Shown one piece after another: positions 1-7,800 of a stretch of 11,024 nt of DNA. The stretch lies in contig CAZJUB010000087.1 in the NCBI GenBank assembly GCA_964549075.1, forward strand, positions 1 to 11,024, in the 5' to 3' direction. Within the stretch, counting starts at the first letter, position 1, and the number at the start of each line of letters is the position of its first letter. Made by a program: the position numbers and the translations under genes. The DNA comes from an uncultured archaeon. Lineage in GTDB: Archaea > Asgardarchaeota > Heimdallarchaeia > Heimdallarchaeales > Heimdallarchaeaceae. The notes beneath the pieces were generated by a model. It worked only from the letters and a program-made list of their open reading frames with translations. It was not told the origin of the DNA and made no database searches.

Positions 1-409
1 CAATAGCTTTCTAAATAAAAGATTCTACCGGAACATCAGCTCCAATATCAAATACTTCAAATCCCTCTGAAGATAGCATTGAAGCGACTAATGTTTTTCC
101 TATGTCGTGAATATCTCCCTCTATAGTACCTATGACAACTTTACCAAGAAACCTCTCTTCTTTACCTTCCTGAAGCAGTGGGTGAATTATGGTCATAGCA
201 GCTTTCATCGCTTCAGCACTACGCATAAGTTCTGGTAGAAAGAATTCTCCTTCTTCAAACAAGTCACCTGCTTCTCGTATAGCTAAAGAAAATGAGTCGA
301 TAGCTTCATTGACTTCCATTTTTCCATTAACTACTTTTCTCGCTAAATTTTCTGCTAACTCGATATTCCCATCTAAAATTGCTTTTTTACATTCATCACT
401 GAAAGTCAT
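1..409 (-). CDS. Corrinoid (B12-binding) protein, MtaC/MttC-like; in-frame TAG at 11-13, frame continues off the window edge (readthrough or pseudogene)
   Basis: Four-helix cap (FFLPELMRSAEAMK) followed by the B12 motif GTIEGDIHDIGKTLV...GFEVFDIGADVP. AGGAG upstream of the ATG. The domain is incomplete at the TAG, and the frame reads ESFI*KAI, matching the usual 'F(I/V)EKA' continuation. Confidence 0.88.
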
Positions 410-474
410 TTATATCTCCTACAACGATATTTTACAATTAGTGAGAAAGATTAATTGTTAATTAGACTTTCCCC

Positions 475-858
475 TTATTCATGGCAAATTTTTATTGTCC
501 AATCGATTAACGGTTGAAGTGCTTTTGAAAGTTCCTCCCCTTTAGTTGAAAGAGAATATTCAACTTTTGGAGGGATTTCTGCGTGAATATCTCTGATGAG
601 TAAACCTTCTTTGTGTAATTCAGTTAAACGAGCTGAAAGAGTTGCATCACTAATTTTATCCCTCTTCCAACCTTTATGAAGTAATTCTCGAAGCTCATTA
701 TACCTTACTTTCTTACCATCACTTAGAACATTAATTAGTTGGATACTCCATTTTTTACCTACAAGATTCAAAATTTTTTGTGCTGGAATGAAACATGGAT
801 ATCCATTTTTCTCATGAGAACATTTGACGATTGAAGGGTACTCGTTTATTTTACTCAC
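475..858 (-). CDS. HxlR/MarR-DUF24 winged-helix transcriptional regulator
   Basis: LVGKKWSIQLI, VRYNEL, ISDATLSARLTEL...GLLIR...EIPPKVEYSLSTKGEEL..L..W are HxlR hallmarks. GTG start; two N-terminal Cys. Confidence 0.93.
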   Translation of the reverse strand: MSKINEYPSIVKCSHEKNGYPCFIPAQKILNLVGKKWSIQLINVLSDGKKVRYNELRELLHKGWKRDKISDATLSARLTELHKEGLLIRDIHAEIPPKVEYSLSTKGEELSKALQPLIDWTIKICHE

Positions 859-904
859 ATTACTTCACTTCTTCAAAGTTACTTAAAATTTATTTAGAAA
901 GACC

Positions 905-957
905 TTATATATAAATACTTTCATATCTAAAGTAATAACACTTTGATAACTAAAGTG
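905..957 (+). promoter_or_regulatory. TATA box plus two tandem palindromic operators (YACTTT-N7-AAAGTR) between the divergent hxlR-like gene and a micro-ORF
   Basis: TTATATA at 905-911; TACTTTcatatctAAAGTA at 916-934; CACTTTgataactAAAGTG at 939-957. Confidence 0.7.
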
Positions 958-968
958 AGGTAGTGACA

Positions 969-1121
969 ATGAACAAAGATTGTAAAGGAAAACACCATAA
1001 CTGTGGAGAATTCAAAGGAAATGAAACTAAAGAGGAAAAACTCCAACATTTAACAGATTGTAAAGCAAAACTACAAGATCAGATAAAGAAAATCGATAAA
1101 GCTATTGCTGAATTAGAATAA
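969..1121 (+). CDS. 50-aa Cys/His-containing coiled-coil micro-protein (resembles DUF5320-type proteins)
   Basis: Manual translation MNKDCKGKHHNCGEFKGNETKEEKLQHLTDCKAKLQDQIKKIDKAIAELE. GAGGT/GTGA SD-like motif upstream; TAA TAG followed by a T-run. Not in the ORF track. Confidence 0.75.
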   Translation: MNKDCKGKHHNCGEFKGNETKEEKLQHLTDCKAKLQDQIKKIDKAIAELE

Positions 1122-1128
1122 TAGTTTT

Positions 1129-1581
1129 TCATTCTTTGTTTGGAAAATACTTGCATAATTCCCAAAATGGAGGAACTAATTCTAAATCTACCAAGATATC
1201 TACAAGACAGAAAGCACCCCATTAATTAATGACCTTACCTTCTTGATCGACTTCAAGGATTGCCATACCGTCAACTTCTGTCTCTTTATTGGTCGGTTCA
1301 AATCCCCAGGCACTACCTCCATGTCGCATTTTTGCAGTATATCTTACCCAAACCTTTGTCTTATCAGCAATTAGATCTTCTACTGAATATCTTAGATCAT
1401 GAAAAGCTGATCTAAAATATTTTATCTCATGAATAACAAGTTCTGGTCCTTGTTTAGGTATTCCAATATAATCTGGTTTGAAGTCAGGATGAATTAATTG
1501 ATAAGCTAAGTCAAAATCTGGTCTACTCCACATCTCCTCAAACCAACGTCTTCCAATCTCCTTGTTTCTTTCTACTGACAT
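1129..1581 (-). CDS. SnoaL-like ester cyclase (NTF2-like) protein with in-frame TAA at 1222-1224 (readthrough or pseudogene)
   Basis: MSVERNKEIGRRWFEEMW...FRSAFHDLRYSVEDLIADKTKVWVRYT...H.G...GFEPTNK. After GKVIN* the frame continues WGAFCLVDILVDLELVPPFWELCKYFPNKE to TGA at 1129-1131, completing the expected last strand and helix. Confidence 0.85.
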
Positions 1582-1615
1582 AGATAGAAAGTTCTTGGGA
1601 CTTTAATAATTCTTT

Positions 1616-2581
1616 CTAGAAAAGAAGTAAACTTAATACTCGCTGTTTTGCTTCCAAATATTTGTCCTCTTGATTAGATTCACTGAAAAATCCTGCCGCT
1701 GACATTCCTATATATATTTTATAGCATAATAGTCTCTTCTCATAGTTTTCAAAATCTAATAATTCTGAATCTTTAAATTTCTCACAATATAATTTTGAGT
1801 AATTATCTTCATCTCTAAAACCCCAGAAATCTAACCAAGCTATGTCATAAACAAAGTCTCCGTAGATAGAGTGTTCCCAATCAAAAACTGCTGTTATTTT
1901 GCCTTCTGTATCTGCTAAAACATTATCAAAGCCAAAATCACCATGAACTAGATAACGTTTAAAGGAACAAAATTTGATTAATTCTTGTATTTTTTTTACC
2001 CCTTCATTATATAACTCAAGCTCAAAAATTCCAGAAGAAAATCTTTCATTTGTATAGATTTTTTCTTTTTCCAACCTCTCTAAAATGTACTCTTGCATGG
2101 TTTTGTATTTGCCTTTTTTCCATATTTCCCAGTATCCATAACCTCGTGTATCTGAAATTTTAGTTGTATGGATTAAATATAGCATCTCCACAAGAGATTC
2201 ATCTACTACCTTCAGCTTATCTTCTGGAAAGAGGTGAACAAAAGAGCCATTGATGTTTTCCACTATACTGTAAATAAATTTGTTTCTTTTATATTCTTTA
2301 AAGATACCCTGTTCAATTGTTTTTGGAATGGGAATCTTAGGATTTCTTTTTTTCAAAATTTCATAAATAAAAATTTCTTTCACAAAAGGATTTGTTTTTC
2401 TAAACCTTTTCTTGACTTTTCTGATTTTGATGACATATTTTTGATCTTTGTTCTCAAAAGAGAAAGCTTGAGATATTTCTCCTCCTTTAAGAATTTCAAT
2501 GTTTTTAATGCCTGAACTGAATTTTTGAGTTAGAAATTCTTCTATCTCAGATATACTAATTCTAGTTTTCAGTAAAGACAC
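1616..2581 (-). CDS. Aminoglycoside phosphotransferase (APH/choline kinase-like) family protein
   Basis: GGEISQAF loop, YVIKI lysine, Brenner motif LVHGDFGFDNV, AVFDWE..IYGD..YDIA. Start more likely the GTG at 2581, with a TATA-like TTATAT about 25 nt upstream, than the ATG at 2698. Confidence 0.88.
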   Translation of the reverse strand: MSLLKTRISISEIEEFLTQKFSSGIKNIEILKGGEISQAFSFENKDQKYVIKIRKVKKRFRKTNPFVKEIFIYEILKKRNPKIPIPKTIEQGIFKEYKRNKFIYSIVENINGSFVHLFPEDKLKVVDESLVEMLYLIHTTKISDTRGYGYWEIWKKGKYKTMQEYILERLEKEKIYTNERFSSGIFELELYNEGVKKIQELIKFCSFKRYLVHGDFGFDNVLADTEGKITAVFDWEHSIYGDFVYDIAWLDFWGFRDEDNYSKLYCEKFKDSELLDFENYEKRLLCYKIYIGMSAAGFFSESNQEDKYLEAKQRVLSLLLF

Positions 2582-2657
2582 AAATCTTGAGTAAACAGCT
2601 GTTGATATAACTCTTTTGCTCTCGATATTGGAATGCAATCTGTTTGGTATGTATAGC

Positions 2658-2684
2658 AAAGAGAAAGAACTGTTCTTACTCTTT
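2658..2684. terminator. Inverted repeat, possible terminator or operator
   Basis: AAAGAG-A-AAGAAC-T-GTTCTT-A-CTCTTT, just downstream of the MBL gene stop. Confidence 0.35.
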
Positions 2685-2691
2685 TTTCTTT

Positions 2692-3582
2692 CTAGCATTC
2701 AAATGTTAAAGTATCTCCCACTCGAAACTTCTTTACGATTTCTTTACCAAAATACGCTGTCATGAAATCAATAGCTTTCAATCCTGTACAATGACTAAAG
2801 TAAAGTTGAGGTTTGTTGTATTTTGTTTCAAGTTGATTCGCAACATATCTGAGATCTTCTTCATCAGTAAAAGCGACTAGATGAGTTCCTCCTATAATCT
2901 TTTTGATTTCTTTATCAGGATAAATCTCTTTAGCTCGGGCACAAATATTAAGAACACCTGCGTGACCACATCCTAATATAAGAACCAAACCATCTTTTGT
3001 TTTAAGAATTAGTGATAGATCATCTAGAAGATCATCGTGAACAAATTTACCTTCAAGTTCAATTGTTAAGCTATCTATTTTGCAAGGTTTTTCTTTCCAT
3101 TCATTTATTTCACCTGTCGTGGTTAGTATAGGTGTAATTTGGTAAGGCTCAATAATTTTAATTATCTCAAGTTTTTCCATAATCTCTTGCGATAATGTAG
3201 GAAAACCAAGATTGTACCATCTATATTTGAGATAAGTTGTTAATCTGCGAAAAGGATTTTTTACCCTTCTTCTGGTAAATACATTGGGATGACCAATTAA
3301 CTTTAAGGTTGGTGCATCATCCCTACTTTGCATTAAAGCTTCGATTCCAAATGTGTGATCCCAATGTCCATGACTAAAAATAACCATATCAATGCTCTTC
3401 GGATTAATTCCTAAAATTTGCATGTTATTAAGTAGAATTATTCCTTGATCTCCTGTATCAAATAAGATTCTCTTATTGTCTATTTCTATCAAATAACATA
3501 AACCATCAGAAGAAATAAACTCTCTATCTGGTCGAACATATTTATCAACAATGTTGGTGAGTTTAACTTCCATTAAAATCAT
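2692..3582 (-). CDS. MBL-fold metallo-hydrolase, COG1237 (MJ0301-like dihydropterin-RFA-P synthase family)
   Basis: ILFDTG, SHGHWDH, DDLSLI, GCGHAG, IIGGTHL, SHCTG motifs. Start may be the ATG at 3573. Confidence 0.9.
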   Translation of the reverse strand: MILMEVKLTNIVDKYVRPDREFISSDGLCYLIEIDNKRILFDTGDQGIILLNNMQILGINPKSIDMVIFSHGHWDHTFGIEALMQSRDDAPTLKLIGHPNVFTRRRVKNPFRRLTTYLKYRWYNLGFPTLSQEIMEKLEIIKIIEPYQITPILTTTGEINEWKEKPCKIDSLTIELEGKFVHDDLLDDLSLILKTKDGLVLILGCGHAGVLNICARAKEIYPDKEIKKIIGGTHLVAFTDEEDLRYVANQLETKYNKPQLYFSHCTGLKAIDFMTAYFGKEIVKKFRVGDTLTFEC

Positions 3583-3698
3583 GATAAGCTTTTTTTTAAC
3601 ATTATTAATTTTATCCTCATGAAAAAATCGATAGATACTTATATTTTTAACTAAGTTTTTTTTGTGTTTATTACTATTCAGAATTTTAGTGATGAAAT

Positions 3699-4604
3699 AT
3701 GAATAAGCGAGATATTATATCAATAATTGGTGTCATTATTGCAATTGCTGCTGGTACAGGACTTGCATTCGCTGGAAGCTATAAAGGAGTTTTAATCTTT
3801 GGTGGTCTTCCGTTATACGCTTTCTGTATAATAATTGCATTTGCAATGCAATGGCTTGCTTTTATACCTGCATATATTTTTAAAACAGAAAAATTCTATG
3901 ATTTAACAGGTGCTGTAACCTATACAACAGTAATTTTATTAGCTGTGTTCCTAGGACCTAATCTCAATCCTACTATTAGTATTCGATCTATTATTATACT
4001 TATACTAGTTGCGGTTTGGGCTTTTAGACTGGGTTTCTTCTTGTTTAGAAGAGTGTTAAAAGTAGGTGAAGATAAACGATTTGAAGAAATTAAAAAATCC
4101 TTCACACGCTTTCTATTAACATGGACTCTCCAAGGACTTTGGGTCAGTTTTACACTAGCTGCAGCTTTGGCTGCTGTAACTGTGATACAACCAACAACTT
4201 ATGGAGCTTATGATTTGATATTTCTGATTCTAGGTGGTATAATCTGGTTGTTTGGATTTAGCTTTGAAGTTATCGCAGACTATCAGAAGAATAAATTTAG
4301 GGCAAATACTGAAAATAAGGGTAAATTTATCACAGATGGACTATGGTCTATTTCTAGACATCCTAATTACTTCGGTGAAATAGTGATTTGGATTGGTATA
4401 GCTCTCATAGCCTTACCAACGCTTATTGATTGGAGATTTGTTACTTTGATCTCTCCCATTTTTGTAACTTTACTTCTAACATTACTAAGTGGAATACCCA
4501 TGTTAGAGAAACGAGCAGATGAAAAGTGGGGTGGTCAAGAAGATTATGAAGAGTATAAGAAAAACACTCCTGTTTTAATACCATGGCTGCGTTTCAAGAA
4601 ATAG
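3699..4604 (+). CDS. DUF1295 (steroid 5-alpha-reductase-like) membrane protein
   Basis: TEKFYDLTG, WAFRLG.FLF.R....GEDKRF, EVIADYQK, GLWSISRHPNYFGE, SGIPMLE, YEEYKKNTP. T-rich terminator-like tract follows. Confidence 0.93.
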   Translation: MNKRDIISIIGVIIAIAAGTGLAFAGSYKGVLIFGGLPLYAFCIIIAFAMQWLAFIPAYIFKTEKFYDLTGAVTYTTVILLAVFLGPNLNPTISIRSIIILILVAVWAFRLGFFLFRRVLKVGEDKRFEEIKKSFTRFLLTWTLQGLWVSFTLAAALAAVTVIQPTTYGAYDLIFLILGGIIWLFGFSFEVIADYQKNKFRANTENKGKFITDGLWSISRHPNYFGEIVIWIGIALIALPTLIDWRFVTLISPIFVTLLLTLLSGIPMLEKRADEKWGGQEDYEEYKKNTPVLIPWLRFKK

Positions 4605-4798
4605 CACCTTCTCCTTTCTTTTTTTATTTGCAACACAGCAGATTTATTATACCTTTGGAGAAAGATTCTGGTCTAATTGGGAAAACAATCCTCAATCTAA
4701 TGATGGATGGATACAAACAGGACACTACGAATAAAGAATAATCTAATAGGAAATATCATATCCTAATATTTTTATTCGAAAGATAATATGGTGAGAAT

Positions 4799-4978
4799 AT
4801 GAAGTTTTTTCGTAAACTCTGGACATTATTAAAAGAATCTTTTGCTCTCGAGACATTATGGAAATAGAAGAACCGAGAGAAAATTCATAAAATCATTCGA
4901 TTAATCCTTGTAGGTTTTCTAAATATAGTCATCTTTGTTGGAGTTTATTTACTTGTTTATCATTTTTATTATAATTAA
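4799..4978 (+). CDS. Putative 59-codon single-TM micro-protein with in-frame TAG at 4865-4867
   Basis: GGTGA SD upstream; MKFFRKLWTLLKESFALETLWK*KNREKIHKIIRLILVGFLNIVIFVGVYLLVYHFYYN-TAA. Confidence 0.5.
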
Positions 4979-5036
4979 GGTGTTTCTTCTGTAAAATAAA
5001 GTATCAAAAAAATGAGAGATTTGGAAGGTTAAAGAA

Positions 5037-5780
5037 ATGAAAAGATTTTTCCTTTATGATAGAATAAGTAAGACTGATCTAATTAGTGGAATAGTTGTTT
5101 TAGTTGGCACCTTCTTTCAGTTTTTTCTTTATATTACAAAATATATTGAATACTATTACATTTCATCTATCATTGTTGGATTAGGTTTCAGTATTTTTGG
5201 AATCAATCATCTATTTGAGAAAAATACAGATACTAATCAGAACAAAAGGATTGTACGAAATAAATTAGGATTAAATAAATTCTTTATTTTCTTTAGCATT
5301 AGTTCAATAATCGTTGGATTAAGTATGATTCTAGGTGATAGTTTTACAAGTTTTGGATATATACGTGATATTTACTATTTAGTAATAATAGGACGTCTCT
5401 TTAGAACTCTATATCTTTGTATATTACTAATGATATGTATGTTACTTATTTTTCTAACTTATATATATAAGAAGAGGTTTGAAATTCAATTAATTCCATT
5501 GATATCAGAAATAATTTTTGTTGTGATTCTTATTCTTATGTTATACATGGATATAGAAAGTATGTTTTATTACCAATGCTATAGATTATTCGAGCTTCCA
5601 AGCTGTTTTCCATCTGGTTTCTACTTCCTTACAAGTTCTCTCTATGTAATTTTAAGCGGATTATTTGTTAAATTAGTTCAAATTTTTTCAAAAGAAATCT
5701 CTCCAATAAAGACTTCTGTTCAAGATGAAAATGAAAACTTAAGTGAAGCTCAGGTACCAAAACAGAATGAAGGGAAGTGA
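5037..5780 (+). CDS. Hypothetical multi-pass membrane protein (about 6 TM)
   Basis: 247-aa ORF with repeated hydrophobic segments and a polar C-terminal tail. No family recognised. Confidence 0.75.
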   Translation: MKRFFLYDRISKTDLISGIVVLVGTFFQFFLYITKYIEYYYISSIIVGLGFSIFGINHLFEKNTDTNQNKRIVRNKLGLNKFFIFFSISSIIVGLSMILGDSFTSFGYIRDIYYLVIIGRLFRTLYLCILLMICMLLIFLTYIYKKRFEIQLIPLISEIIFVVILILMLYMDIESMFYYQCYRLFELPSCFPSGFYFLTSSLYVILSGLFVKLVQIFSKEISPIKTSVQDENENLSEAQVPKQNEGK

Positions 5781-5893
5781 ATCATCATATTTATAACACT
5801 GCATTAATTATAATTCATCTCTTTTTGTATTAACTACATTTAGTAAGCGTAAAGGTTATATTTCATAAATTTTATCTTTTTTTTAGTGATAAT

Positions 5894-6070
5894 ATGGTAG
5901 TTCAAAGACCAGATGCATTTATCTGCAATAACTGTGGACATCGTTTTAATAATGAAGAGAAAAAAACCTTAAAAGAGGAAGTAGATGGGATATTTACTAC
6001 AAAAACAGTATGCCCTAAGTGTTTATCTCCTGATATCAGAACTACAATAACAGGTCATAGGGACGAGTAA
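5894..6070 (+). CDS. 58-aa zinc-ribbon micro-protein
   Basis: MVVQRPDAFICNNCGHRFNNEEKKTLKEEVDGIFTTKTVCPKCLSPDIRTTITGHRDE: CxxC...CPxC. Confidence 0.8.
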   Translation: MVVQRPDAFICNNCGHRFNNEEKKTLKEEVDGIFTTKTVCPKCLSPDIRTTITGHRDE

Positions 6071-6146
6071 CAATCGTTTTTTTGTATTACTGGGGTAGTC
6101 TCTTTATCATACTTACTCTATAAAAAACTTTGACTATCTTTATTTC

Positions 6147-6320
6147 ATGCAACCTGAGAATCTAGTTGATGAGATGAACCGTATCCTAGTAAAAATGGAT
6201 AAAGAATTACATAGTTTGAATAGAGAGTTGGATAAAATACTGAAGAAATACCCAAAATATATGGAAGAGGATGAAATTCGACTCAAATATGCAATGTATA
6301 AATACAATCATGGTAAATAG
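6147..6320 (+). CDS. Small helical hypothetical protein (57 aa to TAG; 87 codons to TAA at 6408-6410 if read through)
   Basis: MQPENLVDEMNRILVKMDKELHSLNRELDKILKKYPKYMEEDEIRLKYAMYKYNHGK*IAILSSRAKLRDFRGIIDLINSIFAEESF. Confidence 0.6.
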   Translation: MQPENLVDEMNRILVKMDKELHSLNRELDKILKKYPKYMEEDEIRLKYAMYKYNHGK

Positions 6321-6454
6321 ATCGCTATTCTATCCTCTAGGGCAAAATTAAGGGATTTTAGGGGAATAATCGACTTAATAAACTCTATATTTGCTGAGGA
6401 ATCATTTTAAATGTCATATCTATTTTATAATAAGAAAAAGAAGGATTGCTGAAG

Positions 6455-7483
6455 ATGAAAGAAATCAGAATAAATTTTCCTGCAGAAAAACTGGAAATTG
6501 TACAAGAATTGTTTGAAAGGTTAGGGTATGATTTCACTCTCTCTATATTCGAAAAAACTGTTACAATGACAATTGATGTTAAGAATGAACATACTTCAAC
6601 AATCCTGGAAGAATTGAAAGGTATAGGTGTTGGAACAATTTTTGGAAAAATAATTGTCTCTCCTGTAGCTTTAGAGATTACTTCAAAGAAGACGGAACCA
6701 ATTGTTAAAGATAGAGGAATTAGTATCGATGAAATGATTTCCAATATTAAACATCTCTCTCTAATAAATACAACTTTCATCGGATTAATTATATTAGCTG
6801 GAATTTTAGCTTCATTTGGGTTAATTTATGATAACGTTGTTATTATAATTGCTAGCATGATTATTGCTCCACTTTTGGGACCTATTGCTCTTGCAGTTAT
6901 TGGTACTATGACACCAAAGAATATCTACACAAAACGCGCAATAACAGCTGAAGTAGTAGGCTTATTTTTAATTATTCTAATTGGATTTTTAGTGGGTATT
7001 ATCTATAGATTCACTGCTCCTGAACAAATCATAAATGAAGGTGAAATTATGAGCCAACAGATTTCGTCAAGAATTAAACCTACCATAGGTGATATTGCTT
7101 TCGCGATTGCTAGTGGTTTAGCAGCAGGAGTATTTATTATCAGAGGTGAAAGTACTTCTATTGTAGGAGTTGCAGTAGCAGCGTCACTGTGTCCTCCAGC
7201 AGCTAATGTAGGAGTATTATTAGCAACAACAGGTACAATTGGAGAAGCGTTTGGTTCACTAATCTTGTTAGTGCTAAATGTTTTAGCTATTTATGCATCT
7301 TGCGCTCTTATCTTTTGGACATCACAGTCCTTTGTTAGAGGTGGAACAGTCTCTACTAGACAATTTAAAAGAATTAGTAGAAAATATATTATCCAAATAG
7401 CGCTGACCTTTTTCGTTTTAGCAACCATCATCACACTAATAGTGTTAGATAATATTTACAATTTTATTCAAATCAAAGTATGA
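6455..7483 (+). CDS. TIGR00341/DUF389 family membrane protein with N-terminal soluble domain
   Basis: ASFGLIYDNVVIIIASMIIAPLLGPI, AIASGLAAG, VGVAVAASLCPPA, NVLAI motifs. Start at ATG 6455 or TTG 6446. Confidence 0.9.
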   Translation: MKEIRINFPAEKLEIVQELFERLGYDFTLSIFEKTVTMTIDVKNEHTSTILEELKGIGVGTIFGKIIVSPVALEITSKKTEPIVKDRGISIDEMISNIKHLSLINTTFIGLIILAGILASFGLIYDNVVIIIASMIIAPLLGPIALAVIGTMTPKNIYTKRAITAEVVGLFLIILIGFLVGIIYRFTAPEQIINEGEIMSQQISSRIKPTIGDIAFAIASGLAAGVFIIRGESTSIVGVAVAASLCPPAANVGVLLATTGTIGEAFGSLILLVLNVLAIYASCALIFWTSQSFVRGGTVSTRQFKRISRKYIIQIALTFFVLATIITLIVLDNIYNFIQIKV

Positions 7484-7509
7484 ACCAGATGAAATAGTAC
7501 ATAAATTAG

Positions 7510-7686
7510 TTATCTAAAGTGTTCAATCATTGATTTCATAACCATTTTTACAGCATATTGAGCTTCCTCATTTAAGTCCTTAAAACCTTTACCGCAACTT
7601 GGGCAAGGTTCATAACCTTCAGGATCGCTTTTACTAAATTTAAATCCACAATGGAAGCAATATACTTTGTTTGGTAATTCATTCAT
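7510..7686 (-). CDS. 58-aa CPxCG-type zinc-finger micro-protein
   Basis: MNELPNKVYCFHCGFKFSKSDPEGYEPCPSCGKGFKDLNEEAQYAVKMVMKSMIEHFR. Confidence 0.8.
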   Translation of the reverse strand: MNELPNKVYCFHCGFKFSKSDPEGYEPCPSCGKGFKDLNEEAQYAVKMVMKSMIEHFR

Positions 7687-7800
7687 TTAAATCAAAAATA
7701 TGTAAGGATTTAATCCAAATAAACCTTTTTGAGAAAATCATATATTGGTAAAGTATTCAAGTCTAGACTGTATTGTTTCCTTTAGAATCTTTTCTCTTTC

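Noticed and set aside
2582-2698. N-terminal 39 aa of the 360-aa APH ORF
   Set aside because: The region contains an inverted repeat and a TATA-like element and precedes the kinase fold; the GTG at 2581 is the likelier start.
1616-3582. Antibiotic-resistance cassette (APH plus beta-lactamase)
   Set aside because: The MBL protein is COG1237-type rather than a true beta-lactamase, APH-fold kinases have many substrates, and no mobility genes are present.
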